Source of the DNA: Bacteroidota bacterium
Lineage (GTDB): Bacteria; Bacteroidota; Bacteroidia; Chitinophagales; UBA10324
Length of the DNA: 59,600 bases
Assembly (NCBI GenBank): GCA_014190535.1
Contig: BJGO01000001.1
Location: 1-59,600, forward strand
Reading direction: 5' to 3'
The notes below the pieces were generated by a model. That model saw only the letters and a program-made list of their open reading frames with translations, did no database searches and was not told the origin of the DNA. Shown piece by piece: positions 9,114-18,457 of the stretch (positions are counted from its first letter, which is position 1; every line of letters starts with the position of its first letter). Position numbers and translations under genes: made by a program.

Positions 9114-10474
9114 AATAAAGCCTGTATCAACTGATCAACCTTACTAAGTGCAATAACCTGTATGCCTTTGTTGCTTTTGCTTACCTTGTTGTATTGGGAA
9201 ATATAAATTCGTTCAAACCCAAGTTTTTGCGCTTCGGAAATTCGTTGTTCCACCCGGTTTATAGCCCTTACCTCACCACTCAGGCCCACCTCTGCGGCGA
9301 AACAGACCGAAGAAGAAACCGGCATATCGTTGAACGAGGATATTAAAGCAGCAACAATGGATAAATCTATTGCAGGGTCTTCCACTTTAATGCCGCCCGC
9401 TATATTCAGAAATACGTCTTTTAATCCAAAGGGAAAGCCGCATCGTTTTTCCAGCACAGCCAGTAACATGCTCAGACGGCGTAAGTCAAATCCGGTTGCT
9501 GTTCGTTGAGGGTTGCCATAAACTGCGGCGGTTACGAGCGCTTGTGTTTCTATGAGCAGTGGACGAATGCCTTCAAGGGTTGCCGCAATACATATACCGC
9601 TAAGGGGCTCATTTCGTTGTGTAATTAAAATTTCCGAAGGGTTGTTCACCTCTCTCAAACCCTCTCCCTGCATTTCATAAATGCCCAGTTCAGATGCTGA
9701 ACCAAACCGATTCTTCAATGTTCGCAGAATGCGGTACGAATAATGCCGATCACCCTCAAACTGGATTACCGTATCAACCATATGCTCCAGGATTTTAGGC
9801 CCGGCTATACTACCCTCTTTATTAATATGACCTATAATGAATACCGGTGTTCCCGATTCCTTGGCATAGCGCTGTAGTTCAGATGCGCATTCACGGATTT
9901 GTGAAATACTACCGGCGGCGGATTCAATCGTATTGGTTTGCAGGGTTTGAATGGAATCAACAATAACGATATCCGGCTTGAGTTCGTGGATGTACTGAAA
10001 TAATAATGCGGTGTTGGTTTCAGCCAGCACATAGCACGAATCATTCTTGATCCCGATCCGGTCTGCACGCATTTTTACCTGCTGCGGACTTTCCTCTCCA
10101 CTCACATACAATATTTTCTTCGACTCTAGTCGTAGGGCAACCTGCAGTAACAAAGTCGATTTGCCGATACCGGGCTCGCCGGCCATCAGCACGATACTAC
10201 CCGGCACAATGCCTCCTCCCAGTACCCGATTCAGCTCCATATCCGGAGTCATCAATCTGGGGTACTCTGCAGCTGCTATGGTATGGATAGGCAGGGGCTT
10301 GGCTGTTTGTTTACGTTCATTACTGCCTGTTTGATGAACAGTAGATGAGGTTGACTTTTGAATCAATTCCTCGGCATAGGTATTCCATGCTCCGCAGGAT
10401 GGGCATTTACCGATCCACTTCGCACTTTGTGCGCCACAATTCTGGCAAAAAAAAACCGTTTTAACCTTGTTCAT
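9110..10474 (-). CDS. radA: DNA repair protein RadA/Sms
   Basis: N-terminal zinc finger CQNCG...CPSCG, Walker A GEPGIGKST, the KNRFG motif and a Lon-like C-terminal domain. Confidence 0.95.
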   Translation of the reverse strand: MNKVKTVFFCQNCGAQSAKWIGKCPSCGAWNTYAEELIQKSTSSTVHQTGSNERKQTAKPLPIHTIAAAEYPRLMTPDMELNRVLGGGIVPGSIVLMAGEPGIGKSTLLLQVALRLESKKILYVSGEESPQQVKMRADRIGIKNDSCYVLAETNTALLFQYIHELKPDIVIVDSIQTLQTNTIESAAGSISQIRECASELQRYAKESGTPVFIIGHINKEGSIAGPKILEHMVDTVIQFEGDRHYSYRILRTLKNRFGSASELGIYEMQGEGLREVNNPSEILITQRNEPLSGICIAATLEGIRPLLIETQALVTAAVYGNPQRTATGFDLRRLSMLLAVLEKRCGFPFGLKDVFLNIAGGIKVEDPAIDLSIVAALISSFNDMPVSSSVCFAAEVGLSGEVRAINRVEQRISEAQKLGFERIYISQYNKVSKSNKGIQVIALSKVDQLIQALF

Positions 10475-10579
10475 TATCTACGAATATCATATTTATTATA
10501 AGAATTATGTGTTACTAAATTATCTTGATTTAAGTATTTTAATAATATATATTTACTGTATCAAAAAACTCTAAAACAC

Positions 10580-12496
10580 ATGATTAAAATTACACAACTT
10601 GTTGCGGTGATTGTTCTGCTTACGGTCACACAACTTTTTGCACAACGTAATTGCGGAACTATGGAGTATATGCATCAGCATCAGCTCAACAATCCGCAGT
10701 TACTCCAGATTGCACAGGAAATCGAAAACCACACCAGTCAGTTTATCACCACTTATCAGCCCTCGGGGCGAGCGGTGATTACGATTCCCGTTGTATTTCA
10801 CGTAATATACAATACGACATCTCAGAACATTTCTGATGCGCGTATCAATGCACAGATTGATCAGTTGAACAAAGACTTTGCTCGTCAGAATGCGGATGCA
10901 GTGAACACCCCTTCAGTATTTCAGAGTCTTGGGGCTAATACTGAAATTCAATTTTGTTTGGCCAAGCGCGACCCGAGTGGAAATGCCACCACAGGAATTA
11001 TTCGCAAGACCACAACGGTATCTTCATTTTCTACAAATGACAATGTAAAGCGAAGTGCAAACGGAGGAGATGACCCTTGGGATGTTAACGCTTACCTAAA
11101 CATATGGTCATGTAATTTAAGTAACGGCGTTTTAGGGTATGCTCAATTCCCCGGATATCCACCGGCAACAGATGGTGTAGTGTTGTTGTTTTCAACAATT
11201 GGCAGCACAACCACTCCGGGTACCATTGCGAATTATAATTTAGGCAGAACGGCAACACACGAAGTTGGTCACTGGTTAAATCTATTCCACATCTGGGGCG
11301 ATGATGGAACAGCTTGTACCGGATCGGATCAGAATGCGGATACACCAAATCAGGGGGGCTCTAATGGTGCTTGTCCATCTTTTCCAAGAATATCCTGCAG
11401 TAATGGACCTAACGGAGATATGTTTATGAATTATATGGACTATACTTACGACAATTGTATGAATATTTTCACGGTTGGTCAATCCGGTCGTATGAATGCT
11501 ATTCTTTCACCTGGCGGCGCTCGGGCATCTATTGCCAGTTCGCTGGGATGCGTACCTCCAAGTGGTGGTACATCCTGCGGCACGCCGGCCGGCTTGTCGG
11601 CAACATCAATTGCCTCAACATCGGCTACGCTTAACTGGGGCGCAATCAGTGGAGCATCCTCATATAATGTGCAGTATAAGACTTCTGCCGCAACAACATG
11701 GACTACCACGACCTCGACGACCACGTCAAGAAGTATAACCGGTTTAACGGCATCAACTACATATAATTACAGAATTCAGGCTGTTTGTTCAGGAACTACA
11801 GGTACGTATTCTGCCAGCGCATCGTTCACTACGTTGTCGTCTTGTTCAGATATCTATGAGTCAAACAACAGTTTAAGCACGTCGAAGTCTATAACAAACA
11901 ATGGTTCTATTCAGGCGATTATAAGTTCTTCTACGGATAACGATTACTTTCAATTTACTACAACAGCTTCAGCGCCAAAAGTTAGAATTAATCTCACCAA
12001 TTTACCCGCAGACTATGATATTCAGTTGTTCAATTCATCGGGCACTCAATTAGCCATATCTCAGAACGGAAGTACTACATCAGAACAGATCATATACAAC
12101 AGCTCTACTGCGGCAGCTACATACAGAATTCGTGTGTATGGATATAATGGTGCATTTAACGCTACATTATGCTACACACTGGCCGTTGCTACTCAGGCAT
12201 CAAACTTTAAAGAAATAGCTGATGCAACTACAGATGTTGATTTGTCTTTTGTTAATGTTTATCCTAATCCAAATACCGGAAACTTCAGTATCGATTATTT
12301 CTCTAAGAGTCCTGCCGTTTTAAATCTTTATGTAATGGATATGACCGGCCGTGTTGTTTACAGCGAAGTACAGCAGGTGTTTGATGGCATGAATACATTC
12401 CCCATCAATCTTCCTGATTTAACCAATGGCATGTATATGATAAACATTGCGAATGGCGATGATCATCGCATGAAGCGCTTTATCATTCAGAAGTAA
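10580..12496 (+). CDS. Secreted M43-family zinc metalloprotease with FN3, pre-peptidase C-terminal (PPC) and T9SS CTD modules
   Basis: Signal peptide; HEVGHWLNLFHIWGD zinc site; FN3-like segment (LNWGAISGASSYNVQYK); PPC-like segment (DNDYFQF...YRIRVYGY); C-terminal VYPNPNTGNFSI. Confidence 0.85.
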   Translation: MIKITQLVAVIVLLTVTQLFAQRNCGTMEYMHQHQLNNPQLLQIAQEIENHTSQFITTYQPSGRAVITIPVVFHVIYNTTSQNISDARINAQIDQLNKDFARQNADAVNTPSVFQSLGANTEIQFCLAKRDPSGNATTGIIRKTTTVSSFSTNDNVKRSANGGDDPWDVNAYLNIWSCNLSNGVLGYAQFPGYPPATDGVVLLFSTIGSTTTPGTIANYNLGRTATHEVGHWLNLFHIWGDDGTACTGSDQNADTPNQGGSNGACPSFPRISCSNGPNGDMFMNYMDYTYDNCMNIFTVGQSGRMNAILSPGGARASIASSLGCVPPSGGTSCGTPAGLSATSIASTSATLNWGAISGASSYNVQYKTSAATTWTTTTSTTTSRSITGLTASTTYNYRIQAVCSGTTGTYSASASFTTLSSCSDIYESNNSLSTSKSITNNGSIQAIISSSTDNDYFQFTTTASAPKVRINLTNLPADYDIQLFNSSGTQLAISQNGSTTSEQIIYNSSTAAATYRIRVYGYNGAFNATLCYTLAVATQASNFKEIADATTDVDLSFVNVYPNPNTGNFSIDYFSKSPAVLNLYVMDMTGRVVYSEVQQVFDGMNTFPINLPDLTNGMYMINIANGDDHRMKRFIIQK

Positions 12497-12534
12497 GCCT
12501 TTGTCGCCTGGTGCGCAAAGTTTATAGTACAATA

Positions 12535-12571
12535 GCGGCGGGATTGTTAATCAATCCCGTCGCTTTTTTTT
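12535..12571 (+). terminator. Rho-independent terminator after the M43 protease gene
   Basis: GCGGCGGGATTG pairs with CAATCCCGTCGC (one mismatch) and is followed by T8. Confidence 0.7.
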
Positions 12572-12612
12572 AGTACAGTATCTAATTTTGTTTGAGTTAA
12601 ACCGTTGACAAC

Positions 12613-13593
12613 ATGCTGAATCACCGATTACTTATAACGATAATAATCTTCATTATTACACTGGCATCCTGCGTTCCTGCACGCAAGTTTCAGGATGTTC
12701 AAACTTTGAATGAAAAATTACTCAAAGAGAATAACGAATGTAAAACAAGTAGGTCAGAGTTGCAGGATAAGTATGATGACCTGAATGATAAGTACATCAA
12801 TTTACAGGAAGAAAAAAACGAACTGGTTTCTGATACAGCAACCTTTGGAGACAACTATCGCAGGCAACGCGACATGAATGATGAGTTAAATAAACTTTAT
12901 GAACAGGTTGTAAAACAAAATAAAGAATTGCTCACCAATGCCACTGCAACAAATCAGAAACTCTCGCAGGAGCTGGAGGATCGCAAGCGAGAAATGGACA
13001 AGAAGCAACAACAACTCAACGAACAGCAGTCGCAGATTGATAAACTCAACACCGACTTAAAAGAACGCGAGAAGAAAGTAAACGACCTGGAATCAATTCT
13101 TGCAAGCAAGGACTCCACGATGAAGGCGCTGAAGAATAAAGTAAATGATGCCCTCACCGGATTTGAAAAAGGAGATTTAACGGTTTATGAGAAAGAGGGT
13201 AAGATTTATGTGAGTATGTCTGATAAATTATTATTTAAGTCAGGAAGTATTGCTGTAGATCCCAAGGGTAAGGATGCACTAAAAAAAGTTGCTGAGGTAC
13301 TCAATAAGAATACCGATATTACCGTAAACGTGGAGGGACACACCGATAATGTGCCATTAAATGGCAGTGGGTCAATAAAGGATAACTGGGACCTCAGTGT
13401 ATTACGTGCCACGTCGATAATTCGCATATTGGAGGAGTATCAGGTGGATGCAAAGCGGGTTATAGCAGGAGGACGAGGGGAATATGCCCCTGTTTCTGAT
13501 AACGGCAATGCTGAAGGTCGCTCCAAAAACCGTCGCACAGAAATTATCCTTACACCCGATCTGAGCAAGCTCTACCAGATCATAAATAAATAG
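12613..13593 (+). CDS. OmpA/MotB-domain lipoprotein with a long coiled-coil region
   Basis: Lipobox LASC, a K/E/Q/L-rich heptad-like central region, and a C-terminal OmpA-like peptidoglycan-binding domain (GHTDNVP...NRRTEI). Confidence 0.85.
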   Translation: MLNHRLLITIIIFIITLASCVPARKFQDVQTLNEKLLKENNECKTSRSELQDKYDDLNDKYINLQEEKNELVSDTATFGDNYRRQRDMNDELNKLYEQVVKQNKELLTNATATNQKLSQELEDRKREMDKKQQQLNEQQSQIDKLNTDLKEREKKVNDLESILASKDSTMKALKNKVNDALTGFEKGDLTVYEKEGKIYVSMSDKLLFKSGSIAVDPKGKDALKKVAEVLNKNTDITVNVEGHTDNVPLNGSGSIKDNWDLSVLRATSIIRILEEYQVDAKRVIAGGRGEYAPVSDNGNAEGRSKNRRTEIILTPDLSKLYQIINK

Positions 13594-13649
13594 AACGGAC
13601 ATATTGGTATATGGCGCTGAAATTTTAAGCAATTTTGCCGCCGTTACCA

Positions 13650-14516
13650 ATGATTAAAAAATTATTAGATCTGCGCAGTAAAGGTGATGCCGAGATGTCG
13701 TTCATGGATCACCTCGAAGAGTTGCGCTGGCATATCGCCCGCTCACTGATCGCTATTGTAATAGTTGGTGTTCTGTTATTTATCAATAAATCGTTTTTAT
13801 TTGACCAGATCATCCTTGGTCCCAAGAAGCCTGATTTCTTAACGTATCGCGCCCTCTGCTACCTATCGAATACATACAACCTTGCACCGGAATTATGTAT
13901 TCAAAGTATCGAATTTCAAATCATTAACCGCGATTTGTCCGGCCCATTTATGGTTCACATGCAATTATCCTTTATTGTAGCCCTTGTGTTTGTATTCCCT
14001 TACATACTTTGGGAGTTGTGGCGCTTTGTATCGCCGGCATTGTACGATCAGGAGAAGCGCAAAATTGGTAATGTAGTGCTGATGAGTTCCTTTATGTTTT
14101 ATCTCGGTGTGTTATTCGGCTATTATCTGGTGGCTCCATTTTCTATTCAATTTCTTGGAACCTATCAGCTCAGTACAGAGGTTGCCAATACGGTTGACTT
14201 ATCGTCCTATGTAGATTCCATCACCGGGCTGGCATTTGCCTGTGGGTTAACATTTCAGTTCCCGCTCATCATTTTATTTCTATCCCGGCTCGGATTCGTT
14301 ACACCTCAGTTTCTTAAAACCTATCGTAAGTATGCCCTGGTGGGTATTTTATTCCTTGCGGCAATTATCACTCCATCTCCCGATATGTTTAGTCAGTGTA
14401 TTGTAACGGTGCCTTTATATATTCTTTATGAAATCAGTATATGGGTTAGTGCTCGGGTATATAAGTCCGGATCAGATACCGAAATAGAAAACGTACAAAA
14501 TAATTCCAATGAATAA
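13650..14516 (+). CDS. tatC: Twin-arginine translocase subunit TatC
   Basis: The N-terminus FMDHLEELRWHI is followed by six hydrophobic segments. The ATG at 13650 is preferred over the TTG at 13635. Confidence 0.9.
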   Translation: MIKKLLDLRSKGDAEMSFMDHLEELRWHIARSLIAIVIVGVLLFINKSFLFDQIILGPKKPDFLTYRALCYLSNTYNLAPELCIQSIEFQIINRDLSGPFMVHMQLSFIVALVFVFPYILWELWRFVSPALYDQEKRKIGNVVLMSSFMFYLGVLFGYYLVAPFSIQFLGTYQLSTEVANTVDLSSYVDSITGLAFACGLTFQFPLIILFLSRLGFVTPQFLKTYRKYALVGILFLAAIITPSPDMFSQCIVTVPLYILYEISIWVSARVYKSGSDTEIENVQNNSNE

Positions 14517-14949
14517 AACGATTGCTCTCGGCTGCGACCACGCCGGCTATGAATATAAAGAGTTATTGATCGAATATCTTTTACAAAATGGATATGACGT
14601 TATCAACTATGGTACCGATACGCCTGACTCTGTCGATTATCCCGATTTTGTTCATCCGGTTTGTAAGGCATTAGAGCAACACACGGCAGATCTGGGTATT
14701 TTACTTTGCGGCAGTGCAAATGGCGTATGTATCACAGCAAATAAATATGCCCATATTCGGGCGGCGCTATGCTGGATCAGCGAAATCGCCACACTTGCCC
14801 GACAGCATAATAATGCCAATGTGCTGTGTATACCTGCCCGTTTTACCTCGGCAGAACAGGCTAAAAATATCGTGCATACCTTCCTGAATACCGCATTCGA
14901 AGGCGGTCGTCATCAGGGGCGCATCGATAAAATTGTACCAACCTGTTGA
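14509..14949 (+). CDS. rpiB: Ribose 5-phosphate isomerase B
   Basis: 146 aa with IALGCDHAGYEYK and LLCGSANG motifs. The start overlaps the tatC stop by 8 nt. Confidence 0.9.
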   Translation: MNKTIALGCDHAGYEYKELLIEYLLQNGYDVINYGTDTPDSVDYPDFVHPVCKALEQHTADLGILLCGSANGVCITANKYAHIRAALCWISEIATLARQHNNANVLCIPARFTSAEQAKNIVHTFLNTAFEGGRHQGRIDKIVPTC

Positions 14950-14983
14950 ACAATATTCTCGGTGAATTCCTTATAAGGCACAT

Positions 14984-15658
14984 ATGCATTTAATACTGGG
15001 ACACATACTCTTATTTCTACATTTACTCATACAATCGTGCAATCACTATTCGAAAACACCCCCAACATACCAACCTGAAGCACTTATGAACACAACAAAT
15101 CAGACAATAGAACCCGGAGATACAGCCACTTTTGCCGCCGGTTGTTTTTGGTGTGTGGAAGCGGTATTCCAGCGACTCGAAGGCGTCGATACTGTCGTGT
15201 CGGGTTATACAGGGGGCTCCGTTAAAAATCCGTCCTACAAAGAAGTATGCAACGGCACTACGGGACATGCCGAAGCGTGTCGTATTGTGTATGACGCTTC
15301 TAAAATTTCATTTCTGCAACTACTGCAAGATTTCTTTACCACGCACGACCCCACGCAACTGAACCGGCAGGGCAACGATGTGGGCACACAATACCGCTCG
15401 GCCATATTTTATCATAATGATATCCAAAAACAACAAGCACTGCAGGTCATCAAACAATTAAACGAAGAGAAGGTGTACGACCAGCCTATTGTTACCGAAG
15501 TTAGTCCGGCGGCTGTTTTTTACAGTGCCGAAGATTATCATCAGAATTATTACAATCTCAATGGCGATCAGATGTATTGCCGTTTTGTAATACAGCCCAA
15601 GCTGGAAAAATTCAATAAGGTGTTTAAGGACTTAACCAAAGAGGAATACAAGAGGTGA
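14984..15658 (+). CDS. msrA: Peptide-methionine (S)-S-oxide reductase MsrA, possibly with an N-terminal export or lipoprotein extension
   Basis: Catalytic GCFWCVE motif. The N-terminal ~45 aa are hydrophobic and contain LIQSC. An alternative start at Met35 would give a cytosolic form. Confidence 0.85.
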   Translation: MHLILGHILLFLHLLIQSCNHYSKTPPTYQPEALMNTTNQTIEPGDTATFAAGCFWCVEAVFQRLEGVDTVVSGYTGGSVKNPSYKEVCNGTTGHAEACRIVYDASKISFLQLLQDFFTTHDPTQLNRQGNDVGTQYRSAIFYHNDIQKQQALQVIKQLNEEKVYDQPIVTEVSPAAVFYSAEDYHQNYYNLNGDQMYCRFVIQPKLEKFNKVFKDLTKEEYKR

Positions 15659-15701
15659 TTAAGCACGATCATGTGGGCGTAAATCCAGACAGTTATGCCG
15701 C

Positions 15702-17054
15702 CTACAGTTTACTGAATCTTAGAATGTGCAATTGCATATTTGTTTCGATATACATAATATAATTGCCCGAAATCAAATCACTGATAGAACAAGATCTTGT
15801 ATGAAGGACTTTAACAGTAGTGCCAATCAGGTCAGTAATTCTTATTTGCCTAATACGTTCATCCGGGACTGATATGTAGATATTATCCGTTGCCGGGTTA
15901 GGATAAATCGTAATCTTATTCACGGTATGCGAAAGGTTATAAGTGCTTGTTGAAGTACTGCAGAGATTATGCATGCCCAGCAAAATTCTGAAAGGACTAT
16001 TTTGCATAGCAGTATATATTCTGGTCTTTTGATCAGTAGTAAACATGTATTTGCCCGGGCCTGCTGTATAATCCATGAAATTCATAAACATCTCACCATC
16101 TACATTAACAGATGGCAGAGAACAGGAGCCGGCATTGTGAGGATAGTCGGGCAGGCCAACATTTTGCCCGCCCGCTGGTGGCGTATCATTACAAAAATCG
16201 TTACCGCAAGCGGCATCGCCCCATACGTGCCGTAAGCCAAAATAGTGGCCAAGCTCATGAGTTAAGGTTCTACCATCAATGATGGAAGAGATATAATGGC
16301 CCGATGGAAACAGCGCATAAGAGCCTATAGCTTTCGCATAACACCAGATGCCATCTGTTGTATCGGTTGCTGTGTTTGGGATGCCCAAGAGGCCACTTAA
16401 CGGTGGAACAGAAGACACTCCGGCATAGGTGAGCAAATCACTCTTATCAGTAACCCATACATTCAGATATTTTGTTACATCCCATATCGAATGCGGTTTT
16501 ACGATACTGTCAAGATAATTCTTCATACCGGACTGTGTCCCGAATTGAGTTGGATTTGGCCAACCTTTATCAAGGTAGTTGATTCGGTCTATTCCCGGTT
16601 CGTTAAGTATTTGACCATCAGGGCTAATCAAAGCAGGGCAGAACTGAATAGCGATGTTAGCAATTTTTACACGACCAAGTTCATCCAAATTCGAAGAAGC
16701 TAAGTTCACATTGGCGGCCCAGTTAACAAATGCGTTGTCAGGATAATCGGCCAGGTTATAGGCGGCGGCTGAAAAATCCTGATTGATTATGGTAATCTGG
16801 GATTGGATCTGCTCTATTGAGAGGTTAGGAAATAGACCAACGGCCTCACCGCTATGTACGATGTGGAAAATTACCGGTATCTCGTAAACACCGGATCGAT
16901 TCAGCGCCGGCATATCCGCATCATGGATTAAATCCTGAAAAGCATCTTCCCAATCAGACATTGGCATCTCAGTGCCGCATTGATTCAAATCAGTTTGAGC
17001 ATATGCACAAGCAATCCAAAACCATAATCCAAAGGTGATAATAACGAGTTTCAA
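15702..17054 (-). CDS. Secreted M43-family zinc metalloprotease with a T9SS CTD (second paralogue)
   Basis: Signal peptide; HELGHYFGLRHVWGD; C-terminal IYPNPATDNIYIS. Confidence 0.85.
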   Translation of the reverse strand: MKLVIITFGLWFWIACAYAQTDLNQCGTEMPMSDWEDAFQDLIHDADMPALNRSGVYEIPVIFHIVHSGEAVGLFPNLSIEQIQSQITIINQDFSAAAYNLADYPDNAFVNWAANVNLASSNLDELGRVKIANIAIQFCPALISPDGQILNEPGIDRINYLDKGWPNPTQFGTQSGMKNYLDSIVKPHSIWDVTKYLNVWVTDKSDLLTYAGVSSVPPLSGLLGIPNTATDTTDGIWCYAKAIGSYALFPSGHYISSIIDGRTLTHELGHYFGLRHVWGDAACGNDFCNDTPPAGGQNVGLPDYPHNAGSCSLPSVNVDGEMFMNFMDYTAGPGKYMFTTDQKTRIYTAMQNSPFRILLGMHNLCSTSTSTYNLSHTVNKITIYPNPATDNIYISVPDERIRQIRITDLIGTTVKVLHTRSCSISDLISGNYIMYIETNMQLHILRFSKL

Positions 17055-17459
17055 TATTATTTAAGATTTGTTTTTTTTGACCTATGTGTATGTTAATGGT
17101 TTAATAAGTCAATCAATTTAATTTGAATTGTTCCTTACAAAGGTAAGGCCTCGCCATTATGCGAAATAGAACAGCTACTCTTGCCGATTGATATATACAT
17201 TTTACTTACGTGGTTGAACCTTGTATCAGCACATAATACATTATGAACTTTTCAGCTATGATGCTAAATAGGTTTATCGCGGTTAAACAAATACCAATGG
17301 TATTTTGGATATCGATCTTACCAAGACATTCATAACATAAAAACGCTCCGATTATGCATAAAGGTATTGTAGCGTATTGTATAGTCCTTAACGGTTATTT
17401 TACATATCAAGCTCCTAAAACTATGCTCCGGTGCGTATTATTTTACTTACTTTGCGCCA

Positions 17460-18455
17460 ATGCGGATTGCCGTTCTAGGTATGTTTATTTTATGGGCTGT
17501 TCAGGCTCATGCACAGCTATTACCTTCATTTGGTGGCACACGTACCGGCACAACAGGCTTTCAGTTTCTCAAGATTACCCCTGATGCTCGGGGTGCAGGA
17601 TTATCGGGTTGTATGCTTGCCGTTACTGACGATTTATCTGCTTCTTTCTGGAATCCGGCAGGCCTCACTAAACTCGATACACAGAAAGTGCACCTGATGG
17701 TATCGCAAACGCAATACACCGCGGCCAGCACCATGTCTTTTGCGTCGGCGGCTTATCGTTTAGATAACGCAACAGTCCTAAGCGCATCAGTACTCTATTT
17801 CTCTACGCCCGAAATGCCGGTTACCACAGAGTTTATGCCAAACGGCAACGGGCTTACATTCCGCGCATTCGATGTGGCCGCGGCATTAACGTATTCAAAA
17901 ATTTTAACATCTAATTTTAGTTTTGGCGTAACCGGAAAATTTATACGTGAGCAGTTTGCCGGCGTACATGCACAAAACGGCGCGCTCGATTTCGGTTTCC
18001 GATACGATATCGGCAAAGCCAATACCCGCTTTGCTGTTGGTATGAGTAATTTCGGATTCAGCAATGATGCCAGCGGACAAATAATCACAGAGTCACTTAA
18101 TGGCAAGGATACGCTTGTAACCTTTGATAAAATTGCTGTACCTACGGTTTTTCGAATAGGTTTTGCATGGGATGCCATTAAGAAAGGCAATCATTTACTC
18201 ACGTTAGCCGCCCAGCTAAATCATCCGACCGATAATAATGAAACCTATGCGCTTGGGGCTGAGTATGTGTGGCGAAGAATGTTATTTGCACGAAGCGGGT
18301 ACTCCTTTGCCGAAGATGAACGCGGCTTGCCCTCATTTGGATTTGGCCTCAGATTCAAACGCAACTTTGGCATGGTGCAGATTGATTATGGATATCAGAA
18401 TAAATTGTTGTTGGGCTCTATGCATCGTTTTGGATTAATGTTTAGTCTGTTTTGA
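17460..18455 (+). CDS. PorV/PorQ-family outer-membrane beta-barrel protein (T9SS-associated family)
   Basis: Signal peptide ending AHAQ. The N-terminal motif FLKITPDARGAGLSG...DDLSASFWNPAGL is characteristic of PorV/PorQ. The sequence shows an alternating beta-strand pattern and ends in an aromatic residue (F). Confidence 0.65.
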   Translation: MRIAVLGMFILWAVQAHAQLLPSFGGTRTGTTGFQFLKITPDARGAGLSGCMLAVTDDLSASFWNPAGLTKLDTQKVHLMVSQTQYTAASTMSFASAAYRLDNATVLSASVLYFSTPEMPVTTEFMPNGNGLTFRAFDVAAALTYSKILTSNFSFGVTGKFIREQFAGVHAQNGALDFGFRYDIGKANTRFAVGMSNFGFSNDASGQIITESLNGKDTLVTFDKIAVPTVFRIGFAWDAIKKGNHLLTLAAQLNHPTDNNETYALGAEYVWRRMLFARSGYSFAEDERGLPSFGFGLRFKRNFGMVQIDYGYQNKLLLGSMHRFGLMFSLF

Positions 18456-18457
18456 AC

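Noticed and set aside
10447-10455. A9 homopolymer (T9 on the coding strand) near the 5' end of radA, considered as a slipped-strand phase-variation tract
   Set aside because: It encodes the conserved VFFC segment of a housekeeping repair gene. Nothing suggests contingency-locus behaviour.
11479-11738. Pair of ~80-aa ORFs on both strands inside the FN3 region of the M43 protease gene
   Set aside because: They fall in a locally GC-rich, Ser/Thr/Ala-coding stretch where alternative frames stay open by chance. Their translations are Ala/Pro/Arg-rich artefacts.
17289-17305. Perfect 8+1+8 palindrome AAATACCA-A-TGGTATTT in the 405-bp divergent region between the M43 protease and the PorV/Q-like gene
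   Set aside because: It could be an operator, but a perfect 8-nt inverted repeat is expected about once by chance in an AT-rich 60-kb window. No second copy was seen.
17795-18190. 131-aa ORF antisense to the PorV/Q-like gene; similarly 42012-42413, antisense to asnS
   Set aside because: No motifs, and each is fully nested in a better-supported gene on the opposite strand.
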